Shown here: positions 13,965-24,121 of the stretch, in pieces | How positions within the stretch are numbered: the first letter of the stretch is position 1 | How the letters are laid out: the number at the start of each line of letters is the position of its first letter | Source of the DNA: Hormiphora californensis | Taxonomy: Eukaryota > Animalia > Ctenophora | DNA length: 64,000 bases | Assembly (NCBI GenBank): GCA_020137815.1 | Contig: CM035351.1 | Span: forward strand, 3,100,001 to 3,164,000 | Reading direction: 5' to 3' | Notes under the pieces: generated by a model | What the model was told of the DNA's origin: nothing | Database searches by the model: none | Seen by the model: only the letters and a program-made list of their open reading frames with translations | Program-made: the position numbers and the translations under genes

Positions 13965-14245
13965 GGCTAGAAACAGGGAGGGCGGTGGGGTGTCAGGGGT
14001 TAGAAACAGGGATGGTGATAGGGTGTCAGGGGTTAGAAACAGGGAGGTGGTGGGGTGTCTGGGGTTAGAAACAGGGAAGGTGATGGTGTATCAGGGGGGG
14101 GTGACACGTAACACTTTGTAACATGTGCAGAAAACTTTTTGTGCACGTTACATGTTACAAAGTGTTACATAGTGTTACAAAGTGTTACAAAGTATTACAT
14201 AGTGTTACAAAGTGTTACATAGTGTTACAAAGTGTTACAAATTGT
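13965..14245. repeat. Adjacent minisatellites: about 30-bp (ggggttagaaacaggga...) and 10-bp (gtgttacaaa/gtgttacata)
   Basis: Tandem units directly visible. Confidence 0.8.
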
Positions 14246-14554
14246 AACAAAATATTTACAAACAGGGTAAGGTGGGCGGAATAACCTGTTAAATCAGTTG
14301 GTATACAAATTAGTATGGACAATTGAAACTTTTGATTGAACAGCTGGACTATAGCAGTTGATCACGTCATATTAATTGAAACTCGGATCCGCTGAATTAT
14401 TGTAGGCTCAGTAGTCAGTTGTCAATACTCAATAGTTGGGTGATCAGATAACTGTTGTCTGTTGAACATTTATTAATTTCATATTACAATGTCGATGGTC
14501 GATTCAGCACGAGAGAGCTCAATCGATCCAATTAAGAACCGAGAGCAGCAAACA

Positions 14555-14998
14555 CAGGGGTGTAGGAATAGGGGGGCGAGACCCCCTCCCACTTTTGGCC
14601 AAGTTCGCCCCTCACTTTGTGCTCAGAATTGCCCATTTTATGTGATATTGAAGTAAATCCAGATTACAGATAGGGCAATCCAATCCCAACCTTTTCGCTC
14701 TCTTTTTTGTGTATTGGGCCCTCCCTTACATTCACACATGAAACAATCCCACTCAATTAGACGTATTGAGGCACGTTAACTTTGTACACCGACTCAATGG
14801 AAAAATTGAAGACAGCTAGCTTGAAATCGATAATCAACACTCCCAATTTTTGGCTCAAAAACCTAAAAATTTCTTGGGCTCCGCTATCACTCCGCCCAAT
14901 GTGATGGTACAGGTGCAGGTGACTAAATCATGCTCCCCAAAAAAAAAATTCACGTGACTCCACGCCCCTCCACTTTGAAAATCATTCCTACACCCCTG
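14555..14998. mobile_element. hAT-like non-autonomous MITE
   Basis: 15-bp TIR CAGGGGTGTAGGAAT / ATTCCTACACCCCTG; 8-bp TSD AGCAAACA (14547-14554, 14999-15006). Confidence 0.88.
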
Positions 14999-15200
14999 AG
15001 CAAACAAATTAAAACAAGCCGGTTCCCAACAATGTGTAATCCACTGACGAGATCCGTAAGATCAAAACATTTGTTTGGAACCGGCTTGTTTTAATTTATT
15101 AGTGTCATTCAGAGTTTTTTAAATCTCGGAATATCGTCTCAATTGTCCATACTATTATATCAACTGATTGATGAAACAACTAACAAGGCGTCACACTAAC

Positions 15201-15927
15201 CTAAATATGTATTCGAGAGGTTCTCCAGACCCAGATCTAGGCTATCTTCTCTCCGTTCTCTCAGGAAGGAAAGGTACACTTCGAGAACACCACAGTGGGC
15301 CATTGTAGTAAATTTGCTGCCAAGGCGGGTAGAGTACTGAGTATTTGATAAGAGTCAACAACGATAACTCCATAATAACTGTGCCTGAGGGAGGGAGGGC
15401 TTATTGAGGTGGAACTCAGCGGGAGGGATGATTATACATTGTCATGATTCATGTTATACAGTCGGACCCCGATTTACCGGGGTGCTCGGGGGAAAGGGTT
15501 TTTCCCGGTAAATCGGAACAAAACTGTTAATTTCCTATTTTGATGGGTATCTACCAGGGTCTGAGGGGTGTATAAGAAGGTAAACGGGTTATCTAATGAG
15601 CTGTAAGGGCTATCTAGGAAGCTTCGAGGGGTAACTAATAGAGTGTAATTGGTATCTAGCTGCCAGCAGGGTCTGACTAAGGCCGGAAGGTACATTCAGA
15701 AAACTAAATAACTGAAAACTTACATCATGCCTCATTGAGATGGACGCAGACCATTCTTTGGGATAGAGTTTTCTTCGGGTCAGCCCATACCAGCTTTATC
15801 AGTCTTGAATCTATCAAAAGAGAGATAGATCATCATCTGCATCACTAGGTGGGACGGTGTATAGACAGGGGAAAATGATCTGTGTCACGGTAACAGATGA
15901 TTGGGGAGAGAGAGAGAGGGAGAGAGA

Positions 15928-15981
<54 letters not shown>

Positions 15982-16190
15982 AGAGAGAGATTTGAGAGAG
16001 AGAAGAGAGAGTCAGATGCAAAAGGGAGAGGAGAGATGGAAGAGAAGAGAGACAGAGGAGAGAGAGGAAATAAAAAGAGAGAAAGAAAGAAGGACTGAGA
16101 GAAATTTTGGACAAAAAGCCTTTTCCCTACCTTAATTGATGTCATGACATGGGAAGGGTCCGGGGTCGAGGGAATGTCAGCACTTATTAC
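15201..16190 (-). CDS. Probable exons of an unidentified minus-strand gene (about 16131-16190, 15724-15844, 15201-15384)
   Basis: Strong donors (GTAGGG, GTAAGT, GTTAGT) and pyrimidine-AG acceptors flanking partly open frames (e.g. IDSRLIKLVWADPKKTLSQRMVCVHLNE); indels prevent a clean model. Confidence 0.3.
15459..15530 (+). mobile_element. Fragment of a dispersed CAGTCGGACCCCGATTTACCG element (Tc1/pogo-like MITE end)
   Basis: Same motif at about 28983, 56450 and (degraded) 9392; preceded by TA at 15457 and 56448. Confidence 0.55.
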
Positions 16191-17588
16191 TCTTTATATC
16201 AACTCGCGAGCAGTGATTAACACTTTTTTTAGCCAATTACCATCCTTTGTAATATAACCTAAAAAATTTTAACCAAAAGGAAAAAGACCCAGTGAGAACT
16301 CTCTCATTTGCCCCGGAACCGTTTAAATAGAATGGGACCTTCGACCGCTTTATTATTCAGGTCTTTTTTTTGAGGTACACAGTCAAGATTACTCTTAAGG
16401 AGCTTTTAAGAGAAGAGTTTACAAAGGTATAATATGAACTTCGTTACAAAGGGAAATAAGGGGGTTAAAATTTAAAATTTTAAAAGGAAAAAAAAGGGAA
16501 AAGGACAAGAAAGTGAAAGATCACCAAGAAGGGAAGGAGGATGTATGACAAAAAAAGAAAAGGCCTTTGGCTTGGGTCATTCCCTGGAACCGGGTTAAAG
16601 GGGGTCAAACTTACCCATATACATCTGTAACAAGCCTTTTGAACAAAATGCCATTTGAGCTGAAAATAGAAAAGGCGGAGAATACGGACCTGAAACGTAT
16701 CCTTGCTCTGGGGGGTTTTCCAAAAAGTATTACAAATTGTAAAGATGGGGGGGGGTGAGCAAAAGGCATTCGATTCCCAATGTCTAACTGCTGAGGAGAA
16801 GCGGTGGGTTAACAAAAAAGTGAACAAAATAACAAAGCGCTGAAGAATAAATTTTAAAAACTAAAAAGATTGCAAACCTGTATTCAGGCGGGGCGGACAA
16901 AACAAATGCATCAAAAGGCCTGCCACTTGGTTTGGTTTTTAGAAGTAAGGGGAGCTAAAAAGGAAATTTGGTTTTGCGCTTTTTTGAACAAAAACAAATT
17001 CAAAAAAGTTGCGACATTTTTAATTTTGAACATGCGTTTTTGAGAAAACGCCCGGGGGGTTCAAATTGGGTTTTCTGATTTTAGCCGGGGGCAACAAAAT
17101 TGCAAATTATGGCGGTCCATCCCCCTCGGGTTCCAAATTGATCTAAATCATAAATGGACAACGGGGTTGCTAAATTATGGAGCAAGTTTTTCGCCAGATG
17201 GTTTCGCGGAGAATCAAATCAAACACTAACGCAATTGAATTCCCCTTTTGAAATTTAAAAACAGGGCATTTCGCAGTTCTGTGAAGTAAACCAATCAAAA
17301 CCCCATTTTTGTTTAAGGTACCGACCAAGAACCAAAAATTGGCGAAATTTTGAAAATAGAAAAGGATGCGGCAAAAAATTTTAAAATTAAAATGCGAATT
17401 TAGACCGCCGCCCTTTGCCCTTTTTCCGGTCACATTTTGGGTGAAAACGGACCCACCGGGTACCACCATGAAGGAACAACCCAAACCCACAGTGCGCTCG
17501 TGGGGCCCCCAACGGGAAAAAAGAGTTAATAACAATTTGTAATTTAAAAGAACATGATTCTAAAAATTTATTTCGGGTGGGAAAAAAG

Positions 17589-18481
17589 GGGTCTGGAATT
17601 TTAAATTTGACTTGCTGATATGATTAGGGACTCTATAAAAAGTCCAAAGTACCATCCCACAGGTCTCTACCACCCCCGGTTCACTAATTAGCCGTAATTA
17701 TGTGATTTATGACGTTATCGCCAATTAGCACTAATAATACCAGTTCCTGGTCACTTAGAGCTTAGATTTTGATACCAGCTGATAGAGGATCACTAGATTA
17801 GTGGGCATTCAAAATTTTAGGTCGATCGGAGTTATGGTCAAAGAGTTATAACCGTTTTTCCGTTTGGCTGGCGGTTGGCTGGCACCACGTGGGATTACGG
17901 GTTTAGGTCGTCGTGGGAGGTCGTCATTGGTCGCGTTCGATCGGGCTCGATGAGGTAATCAAAACCTAGTGGGGCCAGACCTTTGCCCCACCCCGTTCTT
18001 GGGTTATTGGGCTTTTTCGGTTTCCCGCCAAAATATTTTCCCGCCAAAACCGAAAAAGCCTAATAACCCAAGAACGGGGTGGGGCCAAGGTCTGGCCCAA
18101 CTAGGTTTTGATCACCTCATCGAGCCCGATCGAACGCGACCAATGACGACCTCCCACGACAACCTAAACCCGTAATCCCACGTGGTGCCAGCCAACCGCC
18201 AGCCAAACGGAAAAACGGTTATAACTCCTCGACCATAACTCCGATCGACCTAAAATTTTGAATGCCCACTAATCTAGTGATCCTCTATCAGCTGGTATCA
18301 AAATCTAAGCTCTAAGTGACCAGGAACTGGTATTATTAGTGCTAATTGGCGATAACGTCATAAATCACATAATTACGGCTAATTAGTGAACCGGGGGTGG
18401 TAGAGACCTGTGGGATGGTCCTTTGGACTTTTTATAGAGTCCCTAACCATACCAGCAAGTCAAATTTAAAATTTCAGACCC
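17589..18481. mobile_element. About 890-bp near-perfect palindrome (foldback/MITE-like)
   Basis: About 435-bp arms with few mismatches around a ~23-nt spacer at 18024-18046. Confidence 0.9.
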
Positions 18482-18659
18482 AACTTCCCACAACCGACCC
18501 TACTAAATGTAGACTGTAGTTCTGCACACTAAAACCCCCGGAACAGTGTGCTAAGAGCCACCAAATGAAAAACTATTATATTGTGTTTATAATTTATATC
18601 ACGTATTATGTTTACTAGGATTCATTAGGATGACCCTCTCTGATTACCTTGTAGGATAT

Positions 18660-21091
18660 TTATTCTAATACTTGATCCAAAACCAAACAAGCCCGGTGGA
18701 TTATTATGCCCCAATTCAACCCATAAAGTTACCGGTTACGTCCAGCACTTATTTCATCATCCAAATCCCCCAAATCCCAATAATTTCGAGTTGGTTGATG
18801 GACCAGCCCGTATGGGGCCTTGACAGCCACTGGGCAGCCACTGCAGTAATGGTCTGTTTCATGACTTAGGATTGGCCCGGGGGCGCTTGCGAGCGCTGTG
18901 ATAAATCTAAATTTTTCTAAATTACTCACGTTTTCTTGATGTTGGTATGCAGCATGCTCGTTATTGGTGCTAATTAAGTCATTCCAATTAACGAGAAACG
19001 AGTTGCATTCCTTGCAGAACAGACTGAAAACCTCTTTATCGTCTGCAGAGGGTGGAGGTGCGTCCAGGGCAAGGATCTCAGCTGCCAGAGAGAAGTTGGT
19101 ATACTGGGCAGCTTCTTCCTGAAAAGTAGCATGGTAAAACACGTGTTTCCTCATCTCTTGCCCCCTCACTATTATAGGGCCAGATTAGTTAGTTAGATTT
19201 TCCTGTGCACGAACAGTGTCGGGCGACTCGTCAGATGGACAAATATTTACCAATGAAACACCTCGCTAACAACACCACAACTAAGTTCTCTTCCTCATCT
19301 ATAATCATTCCCCTGAACTCACCAGTACTCGTGTCCTATAGGCTCTCATGTGTTCAGTCATTGGTCCGCTACATCCTTTTAACCTCTTCTCGTATACAGT
19401 TAGTTGGTTATAAAAGCCGTCATTAGGACCCGCCCTCGGTCTCCCCTCTCTTATCTGAAAACACAGTAAAGATAACAGAAAGACCAACCTACAAAAAGTA
19501 CCCGGGATATGTTTACCAAAAGTGATGGACATAACTGAATAACTCAATGAATATGGAACGGAAAATGTCAGAATGTTTGATATATTGCTGTAGCTTACTA
19601 CGTACCACTCCTACTGCCTGATTGAGTTGTAAAGTAGAGAGATCCTATGAGGAAGGAAGCGATGGCTGTGACACTACGAGATATCCCAGCCAAGCAATGA
19701 ACCAATATGTTTCCTGGGGGAGGGAGCTTGTTCAGTGGCAAAGTGGCAAAGTGGAGATAATAAACGGGGGTATTCTCCCTTTTAGTACTTGAGACGAAGC
19801 TGTCAGGCCAATGCTCTGACCACAGTTCTCGCGCGCTCCGCGTGCAGAACTGGAGAGCCGAGAGAGAGAAACGAGAATGGGTCAGGCCAATGCTCTGACA
19901 GAGACGAAGCGTTATAGCTGTCACATCGGGGGGGGGGGGGGGGGTAATCATGGTGACAAATGGTGACAAATGGTGACATATGGTGACAAATGGTGATGGT
20001 GACATGACCAAAATTTTGAGATGAGTCACCATTTGTCACCATTTTCTCTGGAGCTTCCTACAGGCATAATATGATGCTATGGGACATAATATGATGTTAT
20101 GGGACACTGGGGGACACTTCTACCAAGTTTCAAGTCGATTGGATGTAATTAAGGGGTCACAGGTGGTTAATTGCACTTTTATGTGTTGTGCGAGGGAGGC
20201 ACACCCTCAACGTGACTTTTGGAAGTTTTAGCGGTCCAAAACACTACTAGCCGATCCGGAATGGCCATGTCAGCAACTTATGAACATATTAATATATATA
20301 TATTAATATATATCGGTCTAAGGAAATTAATAAATTTTATCAAATTTTTATAGAAATTCTGCCGAAATCCGCATATTTCGTCAAAAAATGGTGACAAATG
20401 GAGACAAATGGTGACAAATGGAGACAAATGGTGACAAATGGTGATGGTGACATACCCTAAATAGTCAGATGAGTCACCATTTGTCACCACTTGTCACCAT
20501 TTGTCACCATGATAACCCCGTGACTGGGTATTGATTATTATAATCACTGTCTTCTTGTGTCCCGACTGACCTTGTTGAGACCTTACTCAACAAGACTGAC
20601 CTCTTTCTAAAGCAGTAGCAATGGTACTATTGAAGGAGGGCATGAGAGCTAGCATATCAAGAGACGGCTCATCTGACATTTCCACGTGAATATATGTGAT
20701 ACCAGGGAGCTGTCTCTCTTCCTCCATGGGTTGTTCCATCACAGTCAATACTGTCCGTACCTCGTGCTGGGGAGGTAGGGTGGGTGTGTAGCGAGTGTTA
20801 GTGGGTGTGTAGGGAGTGTTAGAGTGAGGTATTGAGGTGGGGTGGGATAGAGTGCTGAGGTAGGGAAGTAGTGAGCTGGGGAGGGAGGGAGTGCTGGAGT
20901 GAGGTAGGGAGAGGTAGAGTGAGGGGTCAGAAAGAAGGGAGTACTCAGTAGACATCTTATCTCACCTTGAGTTGAACATCTTTTAGACGGGCCTTAGCAT
21001 GACTGGTTAGATACAGGCCAGGTAGAATCTCAAACACATATTTGTTAACAACTTCCTTCTCTGTTTTCTTCTCATCAGTTTCTTCTCCCAT
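18660..21091 (-). CDS. DUSP12: Dual-specificity phosphatase with C-terminal Cys/His region, DUSP12/YVH1-like (5 exons, some indels)
   Basis: MGEETDEKK...EILPGLYL; MSDEPSLDML; catalytic ILVHCLAGISRS; PRAGPNDGFYNQL; C-terminal FCKECNSFL...HYCSGC; orthology to DUSP12 inferred from this architecture. Confidence 0.75.
19800..19901. mobile_element. 102-bp CTGTC...GACAG element with terminal direct hairpin repeats and perfect 8-bp TSD AGACGAAG
   Basis: GTCAGGCCAATGCTCTGAC at both ends; TSD 19792-19799 and 19902-19909. Confidence 0.85.
19940..20523. mobile_element. MITE with subterminal 10-bp repeats (atggtgacaa) in DUSP12 intron 2
   Basis: Inverted ends GGGGT[A/T]ATCATGGTGACAAATGGTGAC; internal repeat blocks in both orientations. 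Confidence 0.75.
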
Positions 21092-21540
21092 GACCTACAG
21101 AGAGCAATTGGTTACGAAATACGCTGGCAAGGGAGGGGTAACTTCGTTACCAAACAGAGAGCGAGGGAGTCGAGGGGTGGGGGCTGATAATAGCTTTCGC
21201 CCACTTTCGTATTTTTTATTGAGGCGAGGGGAGCAAAAGACAGGTGTAATCTTTTCTCTATCGATTTGTCGCGTACAATAAAACAAAATGGGGTTCTATA
21301 ATCTATATAAGGCGTAAACACTTGACATAGCACTGACTTGACAATCATATTTATATGCAAAAAAACTAAACATCAATAATTTTCGAAGCGAAAAACTTGA
21401 TCAGTTAAAAGGGGGGGGGGGTTAAAAACATAAAACAGTTTAAAAACTGACAACCTGACAATTACACTAACAACCTCTAGAAGAAATAGCACTATTATAA
21501 CACTAACAGAAGATTTCGTCACAACATGGTAAACTGTTAG

Positions 21541-22407
21541 TTACATGGACAGCTTGTAAAAAGAAGCAGCATTTCCACCCAGAACAGCTTCCCTCTCCTT
21601 CCTCACTGAGAGATGATAAGTAGCTCTTTATGTAGATCCAGAACGGTAGAAGTAGTTAGCCCCTGTGAGGGTCAGAACAGGCCAGTCACTGCCCATCATG
21701 CACCTTCCTGGGCCAAATAACCCCAACACCACATCAACATGGGCCTGGAATGTAGAGACATCAAATGAGGTGTTTTGGTGTTCAGGATCTACCTCTGTAA
21801 CGAGGCCAGATATTTTACAATGGACATTAGGGCACCCAGCTGCAGACTCCATATCTCTCATCCACCCAGGGTCTACCTCAAGAGATTGGGATAAAAGTGG
21901 TTTAGCGATGTGGTCAATCACAATCCGCAGCTCAGGTACAGCCTTGGCAAGGGTAGCAACGTGCGGAAGGTGGTGTGGCCGAGCTAGGAAGTCCAATGTT
22001 TTGCCACGAGCTGCCACTATTTTTAGTCCTGCTATAACGTCAGCTCTAACAACCCAGGCTGGATCACCCTCCATATCCAAGATATGTCGCACACCCACAA
22101 ACTGTGGAAACTTGCACAGTGTGTCTAGTTGTCCCTCCAAGACAGGGTGATCAGTCAAATTGAGCCCCGCGACAACTCCTTTTATGAAGGAGCACTGCTG
22201 GTTGAGAACCCACAGGGCCTCTTCCAGGGAGTTGTTTAAACATTGAACAAACACAGCACCATGAACCCCCGCCCCACTCATCTCCCTACCTGCTTCAGCG
22301 GTCGTGACGTCACGATATATGGCCGCTACAGACTCGTTAGGCCACGGGTAGGAGAATCGCTGTAGGTCCCACACGTGGAAGTGGGAATCAATGATTGGAG
22401 GTGACAT
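21541..22407 (-). CDS. Intronless amidohydrolase-2 / COG3618-type lactonase (L-fucono-1,5-lactonase-like)
   Basis: IIDSHFHVWD, AVFVQ, FVGVRHIL, IVIDHIAKP, PNVHCKISGLVTE, FGPGRCMMGSDWPV; the conserved tail LSEEEREAVLGGNAASFYKL and a stop at 21541 are recovered by removing three 1-nt insertions. Confidence 0.88.
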
Positions 22408-22459
22408 TTGGGGCTAGATAGGGAAATGATGGGGATGTTAGTGTACTGGGGTGAGGGTG

Positions 22460-23000
22460 CTGTCAGAGCATTGGCTTGACAGCGAGGGAGAGACTAGAGC
22501 TGTCTGGCGCCTCTATCTGAGCGCACCATTTGAGCATAAAATGGGATATGGCGCCACCATACATGGCTAGAGTGAGGAAAGGGACGAGGTTGGGGAGGGT
22601 CTACCACCTAGGGAGAGGTATCAACAAGTGTAGAGAGGAGAGCATATTAAAATCATTGGTTTCTGTTTAAATATGACTGGTGTTGTCACATAATAAAATC
22701 TTGAAAGTTATTTGTAATAATACAAGGGTTCAACTAAATATAATAAACGTCTTCTCTAACTATTACTCTCCTATTATTTATTACACATGTATACTGTATG
22801 TAAATCACATATATTCCACACAAACACAACTAAATATATATAGATCTCGTTTTAAAAATAAATCACTGTATATTTCCGGATAAATCTTTTCTCCTCCTTT
22901 CTCTCTCACATGTGCCCGACACTCTCAGAGTGAAGGAGGACCTGTCTGGCGCCGCGGACCCCATCTAAGTGCACTGTCGGGGTCTTGCGCCGCCAGACAG
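22460..23000. mobile_element. Cluster of CTGTC...GACAG mini-hairpin elements (22460-22482, 22500-22564, 22942-23000)
   Basis: Shared termini; near-TSDs TGAGGGTG/CGAGGGAG and GACTAGAG/GGCTAGAG for the first two. Confidence 0.7.
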
Positions 23001-23296
23001 AGGGCGAGGGTCGGGTATAGCACACTAGATAGAGCTCTCTTTCTCTCTCTCTTAGAGTGGCTCGGTTTCTTGGACACTCTTCTTAGTTTGGGCACTCAAC
23101 TAAAATGCAATAATATGTTTGTAACATTCGTATAAACACTAGAAGATGATTTTAGATCTTAACATATCAAAAATAAAGAAAAAAAAACTTAAAAAAAGTT
23201 TACCGATCATTAAATATGAAAGATTTCACCATGTTACCATTTATTCTTCTAAATAATTTTAATTTCTGTCCCTCTCCAATCTCCATGTCTCTCTGT

Positions 23297-23346
<50 letters not shown>

Positions 23347-23944
23347 CCTCTCTCTCTCTTTCTCTCTCTTTCTCTCTCCTTCTCACTCTCTTTCTCTCTC
23401 CTTCTCACTCTCTTTCTCTCTCCTTCCCTCGCCCAACTGACTGACTGACGTAATGATTGACGTATGATGACTGATACGTGAATGATTGTGCGATAAGTGT
23501 ATTATACAGATTTCAACCTGTAGCAAAACATAACTTTTTCTCCCTAATTGTCCCATCAAGGGAATATATATTCAGTGAAAAATCAACAAAACTTGTGACC
23601 AAATAAATAAGAACTAAAGGAAATGAGACGGATGATGACCTCTCTCTCTCTCGCAAGCACTGATCCGAGTGCATGGTTTTTGATATCAAATACATAAGAC
23701 AAATATAATATATCATTATTGCACTTGACTACTAAAAAACACTTAACATATTTCTTTTCAAACACACAAAAACTTTTACACGGTGTAAAAAGTATAATTT
23801 ATATTGTGACATGTGTAGTTCTGTGATATATTAATGTGAAAATTAAATTTTGCAAGCCAGCAGCTCAAGAATTTCATAAGATCAACTCATAACACATTTC
23901 AAACACAGTTCCCGGAGAGTTCACCGTATACAGCTCCCTGATAC

Positions 23945-24065
23945 ACGTCCTTCACTTCTTAACAAACGTAACCATGGTAACATCCTTCACTTCTCAACAA
24001 TCGTAACCATGGTAACGTCTTTCACTTCTCAACAATCGTAACCATGGTAACGTCCTTCACTTTCA
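23945..24065. repeat. About 35-bp minisatellite containing GTAACCATGGTAAC
   Basis: Three-plus tandem copies just downstream of the 24122 stop. Confidence 0.8.
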
Positions 24066-24121
24066 ACTCGAGCTTGAACATCTCTTCTTCAACTAAATTG
24101 CCTAGATAACAGCCCCCTGTC

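Larger units (their letters stand above)
5715..18000. repeat. About 5.9-kb tandem duplication (5715-11640 vs 11645-about 18000), probably an assembly artefact
   Basis: Identical ORFs at a constant offset of 5926 (6300/12226, 6346/12272, 6600/12526); copy 1 decays progressively after about 7080 into homopolymer-rich sequence; copy 2 starts with errors (lost acceptor near 11688). Confidence 0.85.
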
